Notes: generated by a model from the letters alone, not told the origin. A DNA stretch of 64,000 bases from Dehalococcoidia bacterium (GCA_050011565.1 JBEKIW010000002.1:128001-192000); one strand, 5' to 3'; shown: positions 19,214-29,780, numbered from the stretch's first letter. Translations and numbers: made by a program.

Positions 19214-21280
19214 TTATTTATTAAGCAAGGGTAAATCATGGTCAGGTTCAGGTTCGGGGACTGGTGGTGGTAAAGGCTCGGGCTCCGGTCCCGGCACAGG
19301 TCCCGGCATAGGTCCTGGCTCTAATCCCTCGAAGTGGAACATAAGTGTAAAGGTTATGGAGCCACCGGCAGGTAACATCTGCGATGGAGGAGAAACACCA
19401 ATGAAAGAAGATTGTGGCGGACCTCCACCGCTGTACTGGACGCTATAGCTCCCCTGCGGCGCATTGGCAAAGTCGCGAGGTGCCGAATCGCCCGATTCCA
19501 CATATGGACCCTGGAGCACATACCCGACCGAACCCGTCCATTCCTGCCCGTCCAACGTAGCATTAACCGTAACGTATCCCCTGGGCTGTCCGGTGAACTG
19601 CAATACATATTGAATAGAGCCACCCGGCGCCAGATTTTGCGTCGGTGATGGCGAGATGCCGGTCAATGTGGCACCGATAGGCCCGCCTGAATTGTAGCTC
19701 AAAGTGTACATGCCGGATGGCATGCTGCTGAAGGTGCCAGGTATGGTATTCGCGGAATCACTGGCTGGGCCGGTTACCGTATAGCTAATTGGACCGGACC
19801 CGGGTTGCGTCATCCACTGCTGCCCGTCCACCATGGCACTTACCGTAATGGTACCGGTACTGGGCTGCGCCGTGAAGTTCAAATTGAATCCGATGGTACG
19901 GCCGCTTGCCAGCGATTGCGTTGGCGCCGGCGTGATACTGGTCAATATAGCGCCGGCGGGCCCACCTCCCATATACGTAACGGTGTAGTTGCCCACAGGC
20001 ACGTTGTTATACGTACGTGGCACCTGGTTATCATTGCTCTGGAAAGGACCGCTGAGCATATAGCCGACCGCACCAGACCACGGCGAACCATTCAAGTTGG
20101 CGTTGACTACCACATTGCCGGTTTGCTGCTGCGCATAATAATTTAGGATAAACCCGGCCGACCCGCCGCTGGTTAAAACCAGTGACTGACCGGGTGCGAT
20201 ATTTCCCAGTGTTGCTCCCGGCGGCCCGCCCGCTTTGTAGCTTATGTAGTACGTCCCCGGAGGAGCGTTATTTAATTGTAATGGAACCGATGTGTAAATA
20301 TTATTAATCGGCCCGGAGATTGAAAATTGTACCGGCCCTGTCCAGGCAGCCCCATTATACGACGCAGTCACCGACAGGCTCGATGCTGAGACTGCTGAGA
20401 AATTCAATGTATAGACGATATTGCCATTGGGCGCCAGCGTTTGAGTCGGCGACGGGGAAATACTGCTCAGTATAGCGCCGGATGGACCACCCGAATTGTA
20501 CGTTAACGTATACGTCCCCGAAGGCAGGTTACCGAAAGTTTTCGGAACAATGACGTCCGCATCCTTGAATGGACCGGTGATTGAATACCCAACGGTTCCG
20601 GACCACGGTGAGCCATTCAGTGTGGCAATGACATTTATGCTGGAACTGGTTTGGCTCTGGAAATTCAAGACGAAGTGCACCGTGTCGCCTGCCGCCAACT
20701 CCAAGGTCGGTTGTGGAGTTATGCTCGTTAACGAAGCCCCTGTCGGACCACCGTAATTGTAGGTTACGGTATAGGTACCGGCTGGTACAGTCTTAAAATT
20801 CCAAGGGACCGAATTATCTGTATCCGAGAAAGGACCGCTAACCCTGTAATTTACCGAGCCGGTCCACGGCGCACCATCGAGGGTAGCGCTGACTCGAACA
20901 GTTCCAGTACTGGACGGACCAGCCCCTCCTGGTGTATGGAAAGACCACGGGGCCGTCCAAGCCGATACCTGGTTGCCCTGCCGGGCCAGTACCTTCCAAT
21001 AATACCAGGTGTCGCCATTTAGTTTGCCCGAAGGCATAGTGTAGCTGAGGTCGCCTATATTGTTCACATCGAGCGCTAAATTTTGGAAATTGTTGTCCTG
21101 CGCTACCATCAAGCGATAGGTAGCTGCTCCGCTGCCGCCTCCCCAGGTAAAAGTAGGTGTTAGCGATAGCACCGCGCTGCCATCGGCCGGAGACGCCAGG
21201 CTTACAGTTAGCCTGGGCGGCGCCAGGCAACCTGCCAGGAGAAGTACGAATAAGAGTAGGATTTTTAAACAAGTACTCAT
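19214..21280 (-). CDS. Surface lipoprotein with an FN3-like domain and six ~85-aa Ig-like repeats
   Basis: Lipobox LAGC; YYWKVLA..W; six copies of V.A..NG..W.G.V.Y...GP...P.G.Y...Y..GGP.GA.L..I.P; Pro-rich tail. Confidence 0.8.
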   Translation of the reverse strand: MSTCLKILLLFVLLLAGCLAPPRLTVSLASPADGSAVLSLTPTFTWGGGSGAATYRLMVAQDNNFQNLALDVNNIGDLSYTMPSGKLNGDTWYYWKVLARQGNQVSAWTAPWSFHTPGGAGPSSTGTVRVSATLDGAPWTGSVNYRVSGPFSDTDNSVPWNFKTVPAGTYTVTYNYGGPTGASLTSITPQPTLELAAGDTVHFVLNFQSQTSSSINVIATLNGSPWSGTVGYSITGPFKDADVIVPKTFGNLPSGTYTLTYNSGGPSGAILSSISPSPTQTLAPNGNIVYTLNFSAVSASSLSVTASYNGAAWTGPVQFSISGPINNIYTSVPLQLNNAPPGTYYISYKAGGPPGATLGNIAPGQSLVLTSGGSAGFILNYYAQQQTGNVVVNANLNGSPWSGAVGYMLSGPFQSNDNQVPRTYNNVPVGNYTVTYMGGGPAGAILTSITPAPTQSLASGRTIGFNLNFTAQPSTGTITVSAMVDGQQWMTQPGSGPISYTVTGPASDSANTIPGTFSSMPSGMYTLSYNSGGPIGATLTGISPSPTQNLAPGGSIQYVLQFTGQPRGYVTVNATLDGQEWTGSVGYVLQGPYVESGDSAPRDFANAPQGSYSVQYSGGGPPQSSFIGVSPPSQMLPAGGSITFTLMFHFEGLEPGPMPGPVPGPEPEPLPPPVPEPEPDHDLPLLNK

Positions 21281-21436
21281 CTTTTACCCCGTTTCACGTA
21301 TTTGTACCAATGGTATCCGCATCGTGATGAAACGTCAATAGTCATATAGTCATAGGAGATTAAAATAACGGGGCTGACATAAATACTTTCGCCCGCTATG
21401 TATTAACGGCTCAGGGCTGGAGGTTCACAGGGCTCA

Positions 21437-21868
21437 TTACAGCGTATAGACTTCGATGCCAAAAGTATGAACCCAATTCTTCTCCAGTGCTTCTACCGCC
21501 TCTTTGGTCTTGTCTACGCCGATGATGACTACGGGCTGTCCGCTTTCCCCCTTGCCCAGATAGGTGTAGAAATAGAGAACATTGATTTTGGAATCGCGCA
21601 GAGGCTTCAGCACCGCCTGAAGACCTCCGGGATGGTCGGGGACTTCCACGGCAATGACGTCGGTTTCATGTACGGAATAGCCCGCGCTACGGAGCACGTT
21701 TGCCGTCTTTTCCGGGTTATCGGTGACGAATCTCACCGTACTGAAATCTGATGTATCGGCTACCGAAATTGCCCTGATGTTTATCCCCTCTCTGCCCAGG
21801 CATTCGCTCACCGCCAGGAATTTACCGGGCTCATTTTCCAGGGTTAATGAAATCTGTTTAACGCTCAT
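21437..21868 (-). CDS. Tandem ACT-domain protein
   Basis: KQISLTLENEPG, GINIRAISVADT, VPDHPGGL. Confidence 0.9.
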   Translation of the reverse strand: MSVKQISLTLENEPGKFLAVSECLGREGINIRAISVADTSDFSTVRFVTDNPEKTANVLRSAGYSVHETDVIAVEVPDHPGGLQAVLKPLRDSKINVLYFYTYLGKGESGQPVVIIGVDKTKEAVEALEKNWVHTFGIEVYTL

Positions 21869-21900
21869 AGTCCACTCCCAAGTCAGATTATTCAGCCGCT

Positions 21901-22431
21901 TTAGAAAAGGTCATATCCTGCCTTTAAAGCTTTTTCGTTAACCGCCAGCAGTTTTTGCTTCGTACCCAGGATAAATTTTAACGCTTCGATTACGCTGGTA
22001 AGCGAGACCAGCCCGCCTTTCTTCGCGAAGGCGCCGAGCATCACCATGTTGGCCGACTTTGGACTGTCCAAATTCTCGGCAATGCTATTTGCCGGCACCT
22101 TAATGACGCTGATATCGCCTCTTGCTATTTCGGATTCCACCAGAGAGGAATTGACAAAAAACAGGCCGCCCGATTGAATCTGATTTTGAAATCTCATAAC
22201 TGAAGGCTGGTTCATAGCAACGACGAACTCGGGCGATGAAGCCACCGGCGACGCAATCTCGTCATCGGATATGACCACCGTGCAATTGGCGGTACCGCCG
22301 CGGACCTCGGCGCCATAAGACGGCAAATAGGTCACGTTTTTGCCTTCGAGCATGGCTGCCTGGGCTAAATTGAGCCCAATGGACATGACACCCTGGCCGC
22401 CAAAGCCGGCGATGACTGTCTTAATCAGCAT
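21901..22431 (-). CDS. 2-oxoacid:ferredoxin oxidoreductase gamma subunit (Vor-type)
   Basis: AGFGGQG, PSYGAEVRGGTANC, ANMVMLGA. Confidence 0.92.
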   Translation of the reverse strand: MLIKTVIAGFGGQGVMSIGLNLAQAAMLEGKNVTYLPSYGAEVRGGTANCTVVISDDEIASPVASSPEFVVAMNQPSVMRFQNQIQSGGLFFVNSSLVESEIARGDISVIKVPANSIAENLDSPKSANMVMLGAFAKKGGLVSLTSVIEALKFILGTKQKLLAVNEKALKAGYDLF

Positions 22432-23176
22432 CTTTTCCGCCCGTTATGTCTTTTATGAGGCCCAAAGGAAATTCCTTGGCCATGACATTGTCAATCCACT
22501 GCCACGCCTCCAAGGGGCTCATCCTCCAATTGGTGGGGCAAGGAGACAGTATTTCCACCAGAGAGAAACCGAGACCGTCAATTTGCGTCTGGAAAGCTTT
22601 ACGGATAGCCTTCTTCGTTTTTCTGATATTGGCCGGCGAGTTTACAGCACAGCGTTCCACATACACCGCGCCCCTAACCACAGCTATGATATCGCTCATT
22701 TTTAGCGGATATCCTTCCAGATTATCATCCCGCCCATAAGGAGTGGTAGTAGTTTTCTGACCGGAAAGGGTGGTCGGCGCCATCTGGCCGCCGGTCATAC
22801 CGTAAACCGCGTTGTTAACAAAAATGGAGGTTATATTTTCTTTTCTGTTGGCAGCATGTATCGTCTCTGCGGTCCCGATAGCCGCCAGGTCGCCGTCACC
22901 CTGATAAGTAAAGACTATTGCTTCAGGAAAAGCCCGCTTGACTCCCGTGGCCACCGCGGCTCCCCTGCCATGCGCCGATTCTGCCATGTCGACATCAAAA
23001 TAGTAATAAGCAAAGACGGCACATCCCGGCGGTGGTATGCCAATGGCCTTGTCCTGAAGATTCATCTCGTCAATCACTTCACAGATAAGCCTGTGGATAA
23101 TTGAATGACCGCACCCCGGACAATAGTGGAAAACGGCTTTCTTCAATGACTTCGGTCGGGAATATATCTTTTTCAT
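22421..23176 (-). CDS. 2-oxoacid:ferredoxin oxidoreductase beta (TPP-binding) subunit, Vor-type
   Basis: HYCPGCGH, YQGDGDLAAIG, NNAVYGMTGGQ, CPTNW. Confidence 0.92.
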   Translation of the reverse strand: MKKIYSRPKSLKKAVFHYCPGCGHSIIHRLICEVIDEMNLQDKAIGIPPPGCAVFAYYYFDVDMAESAHGRGAAVATGVKRAFPEAIVFTYQGDGDLAAIGTAETIHAANRKENITSIFVNNAVYGMTGGQMAPTTLSGQKTTTTPYGRDDNLEGYPLKMSDIIAVVRGAVYVERCAVNSPANIRKTKKAIRKAFQTQIDGLGFSLVEILSPCPTNWRMSPLEAWQWIDNVMAKEFPLGLIKDITGGKDAD

Positions 23177-23180
23177 CGTA

Positions 23181-24248
23181 TTACTTCAAGCCCTTCTGAT
23201 AATAAAGGCGAGAAATCACTCTGGAAACCTCGCTTGGCGTGGGGATTACACCTCCCGGCCTACCATAGAATGAGACTTCCCCCTGGCCTTCCAGCGCCAA
23301 TTGCACATCTTCTATCATCTGTCCCATGTTCATTTCAAAGACGAGATAGTACTTCACCCTCTTGGCCAATTCCTTGACCGCTTCATTAGGAAACGGCCAG
23401 AGCGTAATGGGCCTCAATAATCCCACCTTCAAACCCGATGCACGGACCGTCCTGATAGCTCCTTTGGCGATTCGAGCCGCTATGCCGAAAGCCACAACTA
23501 TTAGCTCAGCATCCTCGGTCAAGAACGTCTCGCAGGCTGTCTCTTCTTTTTTAATTAACTCGTATCTTCGGAACAAGCTCCAGTTAATCTCCTCAAGTTC
23601 GGCCGGATTTGAGGTAAAGGTCTTTATGTATTTGCTGGGCCGTCCCCTGGCTCCCCTGAGCGCATCGCTCCTGACCGGCAATTGCTCCGGAGCTTCGTAT
23701 TTGAATTCCACCGGCTCCATCATCTGGCCCAGTACGCCGTCGCCGAGGATGATGACCGGAATCTTGTATTTGTCGCTGAGGTCGAAGGCTTTATGGGTGA
23801 GGTCTGCCAGCTCCTGTACCGATGACGGACCTAAAACAATGGTCCTGTAATCTCCGTGGCCACCGCCTCTGGTGGCCTGAAAATAGTCCGACTGCGCGGC
23901 GACTATGCTGCCCAACCCCGGACCGCCGCGGGACATATTGACGATAACTGCCGGCAGTTCGCAGGCAGCTAAATAGGAAATTCCTTCCTGCTTCAAACTA
24001 ATGCCGGGGCTGGACGAAGAGGTCATGGCTCTGACACCGACCAGGCTGGCTCCATAGACCATATTTATGGCCGCAATCTCACTTTCTGCCTGAATAAAAG
24101 AGCACCCCTTCTTCCGGCTCAGATTAGCCGCCATATACTCGGTCAGCTCGTTCTGAGGTGTAATCGGATATCCGAAGTAACACTGGCAGCCGGCCCTGAT
24201 GGCCGCCTCTCCGATGGCAGCATTCCCGGTCATGAGAACTCTAGCCAC
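23181..24248 (-). CDS. vorB: 2-oxoacid:ferredoxin oxidoreductase alpha subunit (VorB family, branched-chain 2-oxoacids)
   Basis: GYPITPQ, QAESE, TSSSSPGISLKQE, RGGPGLG, GGGHGDY. Confidence 0.88.
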   Translation of the reverse strand: MARVLMTGNAAIGEAAIRAGCQCYFGYPITPQNELTEYMAANLSRKKGCSFIQAESEIAAINMVYGASLVGVRAMTSSSSPGISLKQEGISYLAACELPAVIVNMSRGGPGLGSIVAAQSDYFQATRGGGHGDYRTIVLGPSSVQELADLTHKAFDLSDKYKIPVIILGDGVLGQMMEPVEFKYEAPEQLPVRSDALRGARGRPSKYIKTFTSNPAELEEINWSLFRRYELIKKEETACETFLTEDAELIVVAFGIAARIAKGAIRTVRASGLKVGLLRPITLWPFPNEAVKELAKRVKYYLVFEMNMGQMIEDVQLALEGQGEVSFYGRPGGVIPTPSEVSRVISRLYYQKGLK

Positions 24249-24459
24249 GATACACCTCTATAGCCACTTCGGGGCAGACCAGCGCACAAACAGCGCAGCC
24301 GGTACATTCGCCATTATCGTTGAAGACGGCCGGCAAATAACCGCTGGCATTTAGTTTGCTGGAGGTGGATATCAGTCGCTTGGGGCAGAAAGAGACACAG
24401 AGCTCGCAGCCCTTGCACAGCTCCTGCGAAATTTCAATAGACCCTTTTACATTAGTCAT
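24241..24459 (-). CDS. 2x[4Fe-4S] ferredoxin (oxidoreductase delta subunit)
   Basis: CKGCELCVSFCP; CTGCAVCALVCP. Confidence 0.92.
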   Translation of the reverse strand: MTNVKGSIEISQELCKGCELCVSFCPKRLISTSSKLNASGYLPAVFNDNGECTGCAVCALVCPEVAIEVYRG

Positions 24460-24614
24460 TTTTAATAAGTTTTCTATGATTTCACTAAAAACCGTACAGG
24501 CCGATTTTCGCCCACATAATTGTATTTACAAAAGGTTTTAATTACAAGTTTCCGGGCCCGACCAATACATTAATTCCGCACCTGTTTCCATCATTTTGAG
24601 AATCAGCCTATTTG

Positions 24615-24711
24615 TCATCGCGAGGAGCCCTTCTACGGAAGGGCGACATGGCGATCTTAACGGGAGGACATTTAGATTGCCACGTCCTTCAGCGGAAGGA
24701 CTAGCAATGAC
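24615..24711. repeat. Intergenic palindromic REP/MITE-like element
   Basis: GTCATCGCGAG...CTAGCAATGAC ends with internal hairpins; 24674-24711 is 36/38 identical to 32935-32972. Confidence 0.8.
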
Positions 24712-24720
24712 GGGAGACAA

Positions 24721-26160
24721 CTACCTGCTATCGGGTGCCTTCTTTTTGTCACGCAGCGCTAGGTTAAGGACCAGAAGCAGGCCGCCAAGTGCGGCGCCGA
24801 AAAGGAATATGGCGTGAAAACCGATGACGAAAGCTTTCGGCGGTAATGAATGAGCCGCTATATTCGCCGATGAAATGCCCTGTCCGGCAATCACCGAAAG
24901 GAAGATAAGCGTGAACACGGCAATGCCCATCACGGCTCCCACATTCCTTACCGTGTTCACCAGGCTGCTGATCACACCCTCATCTCCCCTGGTACTCATA
25001 GACATAATGAGGTTGAAATTTGCCGGCATAACCAGCCCGATTCCAACTCCCTCGATAGCCAGAGCTATAATTATATAGGGCAGTGTCGTCCTGGTGCCCA
25101 TTACAGCAAATATCATAAAGGCCGCGATAAGGACCGCAGACCCCAATATACAGATGCGGCGAGGGCCTATCCGGTCGGAAAGGAATCCTGCTATTGATCC
25201 GCACACCATCATGAGCAAAGCGGGCACTAACAAAATAAGGCCGGCGATATTTGCGGCAAACCCTTTTTCCAGCTCCAGATAGAACGGAAAAGCGTACCAC
25301 GAACCCTGCCCCATCAGAAGAACAAGCATCGCCACAATAACTGCCATGGCAAAATTCCTGTTTCGGAAAAAGCCGAGGTTGATTAACGGCGATTGAGCCC
25401 TTCTTTCGTTAAATATGAAACCAGCCCAGGCTGCCACCGAGACCACGATGCTTGCCAGGATTCCCCAGGACAGCCACCCTATATTGGTCCCCATGTTCAA
25501 GAAGAAGATAAGACTGACTAAAGCTACCAGAAGCAGGCCGGCTCCCGGCAGGTCAAATCGACCCTTGATGAGTTCGCCGCTGTCACGGGGCAATATGGCA
25601 AAAGCTAATATGATAGCCAGTATGCCCACCGGTATATTCACAAAGAATATCCAGTGCCAGCTGTAGAACTGGGACAGAAAACCACCAAGAGGTGTGCCGG
25701 CGGCGAGGCCGACCGCGGCTGATGTCGTCAGTATGCCGAAGGCGGTTCCGCGGATTTTTTCCGGCAGGTATCTAACCACCATGGCGCCGCCGATTGCCTG
25801 CAGCATGGCGGCTCCAACCCCCTGAAGTACGCGGAAACCTATGAGCAGAAAGATGGTCGAGGACAATCCGCACGACAGCGAACCGATAGTAAAGATAGCA
25901 AAGCCGGCGACATAGATTTTCTTATAGCCGCGAATGTCGGCTACCCTGCCTAAGGTGATAAGTGTACTCGAGACAACCAGCAGATAGGATATCGCCACCC
26001 AGGAAACAGTCGCCACGTCAGACTGAAAATACTTTGAAATCGAAGGCAGCGAGATATTAACGATAGTCGTATCAAGAGCTCCCATAAATGAGGCGAGCGA
26101 AATCAGGAGCAAAATAAGCCACTGAGGGGAACTCTTTTCGGAATGATTAACCGGATTCAT
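24721..26160 (-). CDS. DHA2-type (14-TM) MFS efflux permease
   Basis: LDTTIVNISLP, GRVADIRG, WHWIFFVNIPVG. Confidence 0.9.
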   Translation of the reverse strand: MNPVNHSEKSSPQWLILLLISLASFMGALDTTIVNISLPSISKYFQSDVATVSWVAISYLLVVSSTLITLGRVADIRGYKKIYVAGFAIFTIGSLSCGLSSTIFLLIGFRVLQGVGAAMLQAIGGAMVVRYLPEKIRGTAFGILTTSAAVGLAAGTPLGGFLSQFYSWHWIFFVNIPVGILAIILAFAILPRDSGELIKGRFDLPGAGLLLVALVSLIFFLNMGTNIGWLSWGILASIVVSVAAWAGFIFNERRAQSPLINLGFFRNRNFAMAVIVAMLVLLMGQGSWYAFPFYLELEKGFAANIAGLILLVPALLMMVCGSIAGFLSDRIGPRRICILGSAVLIAAFMIFAVMGTRTTLPYIIIALAIEGVGIGLVMPANFNLIMSMSTRGDEGVISSLVNTVRNVGAVMGIAVFTLIFLSVIAGQGISSANIAAHSLPPKAFVIGFHAIFLFGAALGGLLLVLNLALRDKKKAPDSR

Positions 26161-26219
26161 AATAAAACCGATATACTTAAACCGCCTCAATATAAACTAC
26201 TCAATCGAATTTTGCAATG

Positions 26220-26236
26220 CTGCTAATAATTAGCAG
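26220..26236. promoter_or_regulatory. Perfect 8-1-8 palindrome, candidate operator between divergent genes
   Basis: CTGCTAAT-A-ATTAGCAG. Confidence 0.5.
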
Positions 26237-26264
26237 GGAATGTCCGTTACCTTATATACGTTTT

Positions 26265-26294
26265 TTGACTGACCTCTAATCCCGAATATATAAT
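26265..26294 (+). promoter_or_regulatory. Sigma70-type promoter
   Basis: TTGACT-N18-TATAAT upstream of 26338. Confidence 0.55.
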
Positions 26295-26337
26295 GCAGGC
26301 GCAATTGACCACCAAATACTAAGTGAGGAAAGTGAAT

Positions 26338-27390
26338 ATGACACAAGAGGTCTACAACAAACTGGCTGATGCGCTTAATGCCCGCAGCATGACATATCCG
26401 TCCGTACCTTGCGATGAGTTCTACGTTCTGGCTGAAGAGCTGTTTACCCCGGAGCAGGCGGAAATTGCTTCGAACATGCCCGTTAATCCCATATCAGCCG
26501 AAGAACTCGAAGCCAAGATGAAAGGGTCTAACGCTGCTAAATTAAGAAAGCAACTCGATGAAATGGCAGACAAAGGCTTGGTACGTGTCAAAGAAAAAGC
26601 CGGTAAGCGATTATATGAGCTCATGCCACTGGTTCCGGGCATCATCGAATTGCAGTTCATGCACGGCCGTGTTGACGAACGTACCAAGCGTTTGGCGCAA
26701 CTCTTCAAAAGCTACGCCAGGGCGCTGAAAAACATAATGCTGACGGTGGCTCCGCCACCTCCCGCCGCCGATGCGGCGCCGGTTAGAAAAATCTCCGTAG
26801 AAGAGGAAATCCACGACCGGTCCACGGTCCTGCCTTATGACGAGGTGATGAAGCTGATTGATAAAACGGAGTATATCGCCGCCGGGACTTGCGTTTGCCG
26901 GCATCAGGGCGACTTGCTGGACAGGCCCTGTGACAAGCCAAAAGATAACCTGTGCATGATTTTTGGTCCTTCGGCAAAGTTCGCCCAGAGCCACGGCTTC
27001 GTCCGTCTGATTTCCAGGGAGGAAGCCCGACAGAGAATTGACGAGGCGGAGAAAGCCGGCCTGGTCCATAACTATGCCAACAGCCAGGATAGATACATCG
27101 ACCTGCTGTGCAACTGCTGCGGCTGTCACTGTCTCATACTAAGAGGAGCTAAGCGGGCCCCGGTTCCCAGCCAGGCAGTTGTTGCCAACTGGGTTATAAC
27201 CATAGACGACGATGCCTGCATCGGCTGCGGCGCCTGCATCGACCGGTGCTGGATGGAAGCCTTGAAAATGGATGGTGACCTGGCGGTGCGCGATTTCAAT
27301 CGCTGTATCGGCTGCGGCATTTGCCGCTACGTATGCCCCACCGACGCCATGAAACTGGTGCACAGAGAAAAAGCCGCGGTCAAAAGCTAA
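26338..27390 (+). CDS. Fe-S protein (N-terminal HTH-like region, C.CR / CNCCxC motifs, C-terminal 2x[4Fe-4S])
   Basis: CVCR, LCNCCGCHC, CIGCGACIDRC, CIGCGICRYVCP. Confidence 0.85.
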   Translation: MTQEVYNKLADALNARSMTYPSVPCDEFYVLAEELFTPEQAEIASNMPVNPISAEELEAKMKGSNAAKLRKQLDEMADKGLVRVKEKAGKRLYELMPLVPGIIELQFMHGRVDERTKRLAQLFKSYARALKNIMLTVAPPPPAADAAPVRKISVEEEIHDRSTVLPYDEVMKLIDKTEYIAAGTCVCRHQGDLLDRPCDKPKDNLCMIFGPSAKFAQSHGFVRLISREEARQRIDEAEKAGLVHNYANSQDRYIDLLCNCCGCHCLILRGAKRAPVPSQAVVANWVITIDDDACIGCGACIDRCWMEALKMDGDLAVRDFNRCIGCGICRYVCPTDAMKLVHREKAAVKS

Positions 27391-27520
27391 AACCAGCTTT
27401 AACCCCGTAACTCCATATTGCTCCAAATACCCGTCTTACCCATAGATTGTTTTTCCACTGTGGCTTATCACGGCAAGGCTCTGATAAAATTAGGCCCTGG
27501 ATGATAGATAGAGGTGACCG

Positions 27521-29128
27521 ATGAATCTGGCAAGGCTGATGGAAGACAATGTGGCAAGGTTCGGCGAATATGACTTTGTCCACTTTGACGGGCAGTGGCA
27601 TACCAATGTCGAAATGAACCGCACGGTTAACTGGTTGGGCAATGCACTGAAAAGCCTAGGCATTAAAAAAGGAGACCGGATAGGTGTTCAGTTATTGAAC
27701 TGTCCCCAGCTAATACAGTCATTTTTCGCAGCCTTCAAAATCGGCGCCACATTGGTTCCGGTGAACCCGTCGCTGCGTGCCGACGAGCTCGCCTACATCT
27801 ATCAGGATGCCGGAATAAAAGCCTTAATCAGCAGCTCGGATGGCATGGACAGGATAAGAGAAGCCCGCCGCGAAGCACCCGAGCTAGAAAACGTAATCCT
27901 GCTTGGCGACGAAACCCCAGATGATGCCATTTCCTACGATAAAATCGTTAAGCAGGCTTCGGATGAACTGGTCATGGAGGACACGGATAACGACGATGTG
28001 GCCGTCATACTCTACACCGCCGGCACCACGGGCAGGCCAAAAGGAGTGATGCTGACCCATTACAACTGGTACACGCACGTTTCCGGATATTATGAGCTGG
28101 TATTACTGGATACCAGAGGCGTGATTGTCAAAGGAACGATTAGGGAGCCGGATGCTCGACAGGGTAAAAGGCGGACTAAGAAACAGGTGGAGGTTTTCGG
28201 TGTAAACCGGGACCGCGTCTCTCTGATTACTCTGCCTTTGTTCCACGGTTACGGAGTATTCGCCGTAAATCTTGAGTTCCTGACGGGCGGAAAGCTGGTC
28301 CTGCTCAGGCGATGGGATACCCAAGAGGCAATGAAGTCTATTGAACAATTCAAGGTCACCGAATTTCGCGGTGTGCCCACCATGTATATCCAGATGCTTA
28401 ATTACGCCGATGCCGGGAAATATGATTTGAGCTCCTTGCAGACCTGCATCTGCGGTTCGGCGCCCATGCCGCTGGAGGTAGCCCGCCGCTGGAAGGAGAG
28501 ATACGGCATCGATATCTGGGAAGGCTACGGGCTGAGTGAAGCCACCACCGTCAACTGCGGCAATGTAGCCGGAAAACGGCCGCCCAAATACGGCTCCATC
28601 GGCAAATGTTACCAGAAATGCAATACCATAAAGATATTCGACCACAATGATAAAGAACTGCCGCCAGGCGAGTTAGGCGAGATAGTTATCAAGGGCCCGG
28701 GGGTTATGAAGGGATACTGGAATAAACCTGAGGAAACCGCAGCTGTGCTTCGTAACGGCTGGCTTCACACCGGTGATATAGGCTATACCGATGAAGACGG
28801 CTATATTTATCTCACCGAGCGAAAGAAGGACCTTATCATCCGCGGCGGCGAAAACGTTTATCCCAAAGAGGTTGAAGATGTTCTTCACAGACACCCGCAG
28901 GTACTGGAAGCCGGAGTCATCGGCGTCCCCGACCCGGTTTACGGCGAGGAAGTAAAAGCGTTTGTCGTCCTAAAGACTTCGGGGGCAGCCTGTGAAGCCG
29001 AGCTAATAGAATTCTGCAAGCAGCACTTGCCTGCTTTCAAGAGACCAAAATCAATCCGGCTCATGGATGCACTACCCAAGAGCGCCGTGGGCAAGATACT
29101 CAGACGAGAGCTTAGAAAAATCGCTTAA
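27521..29128 (+). CDS. Long-chain acyl-CoA ligase (AMP-binding family)
   Basis: YTAGTTGRPKG, EGYGLSE, WLHTGD, LPKSAVGKILRR. Confidence 0.92.
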   Translation: MNLARLMEDNVARFGEYDFVHFDGQWHTNVEMNRTVNWLGNALKSLGIKKGDRIGVQLLNCPQLIQSFFAAFKIGATLVPVNPSLRADELAYIYQDAGIKALISSSDGMDRIREARREAPELENVILLGDETPDDAISYDKIVKQASDELVMEDTDNDDVAVILYTAGTTGRPKGVMLTHYNWYTHVSGYYELVLLDTRGVIVKGTIREPDARQGKRRTKKQVEVFGVNRDRVSLITLPLFHGYGVFAVNLEFLTGGKLVLLRRWDTQEAMKSIEQFKVTEFRGVPTMYIQMLNYADAGKYDLSSLQTCICGSAPMPLEVARRWKERYGIDIWEGYGLSEATTVNCGNVAGKRPPKYGSIGKCYQKCNTIKIFDHNDKELPPGELGEIVIKGPGVMKGYWNKPEETAAVLRNGWLHTGDIGYTDEDGYIYLTERKKDLIIRGGENVYPKEVEDVLHRHPQVLEAGVIGVPDPVYGEEVKAFVVLKTSGAACEAELIEFCKQHLPAFKRPKSIRLMDALPKSAVGKILRRELRKIA

Positions 29129-29167
29129 GTACCATCTCCGATAATCATAAAGTACTAGTGTCATCTA

Positions 29168-29196
29168 TTGACACCTGCTGTCGAAGCCAATACAAT
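29168..29196 (+). promoter_or_regulatory. Near-consensus sigma70 promoter
   Basis: TTGACA-N17-TACAAT, then AAGGAGGT RBS. Confidence 0.75.
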
Positions 29197-29219
29197 TTCT
29201 TAGTCAAGGAGGTGGTATT

Positions 29220-29780
29220 ATGAGTGCGAAAGCTAATCCAATCGAGATACTTAACGAAAAACACTGGTGGGCAATAGCCCTGCGAGGGTTTGTGGCGCTG
29301 ATATTCGGCATCGTGGTACTGGCCTGGCCTGCAATCGCCCTGTTCATCTTGGCCATTGCCTTCGGCGCCTACGTTTTTGTGGACGGCATCTTCACCCTGG
29401 TAGCTGCAGTAAACTACAAAGCCGGAGCCGGAAGGCGTACCTGGCTGTTTATCCGGGGCATAGCCGGCATTATCGTCGGTCTCATTACCTTTTTCTGGCC
29501 GGCAATTACAGCCTTAGCCTTAGTCATTATTATAGCCGCCTGGGCACTGGTCACCGGAGTTATGGAGTTGATTTTTGCCTTCAAGGCAAACCAGGACTCC
29601 GCTATCAGGTGGATGTTCGCCATCAGTGGTATCCTCTCTCTAATTCTTGGAGCCCTAATGGTGGCACAGCCTATTTTAGGAGCGCTGGTTATTGTTTGGG
29701 TAATCGGAGCTTACGCTGTGCTGGCCGGTATACTGCTTATCATTCTCGGCTTCAGGCTGCGCAGCGTCAAGGCCAGTTAA
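29220..29780 (+). CDS. HdeD/DUF308-family membrane protein
   Basis: WW..ALRG..A.IFG....WP, FGAY..VDG, two repeated halves. Confidence 0.88.
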   Translation: MSAKANPIEILNEKHWWAIALRGFVALIFGIVVLAWPAIALFILAIAFGAYVFVDGIFTLVAAVNYKAGAGRRTWLFIRGIAGIIVGLITFFWPAITALALVIIIAAWALVTGVMELIFAFKANQDSAIRWMFAISGILSLILGALMVAQPILGALVIVWVIGAYAVLAGILLIILGFRLRSVKAS

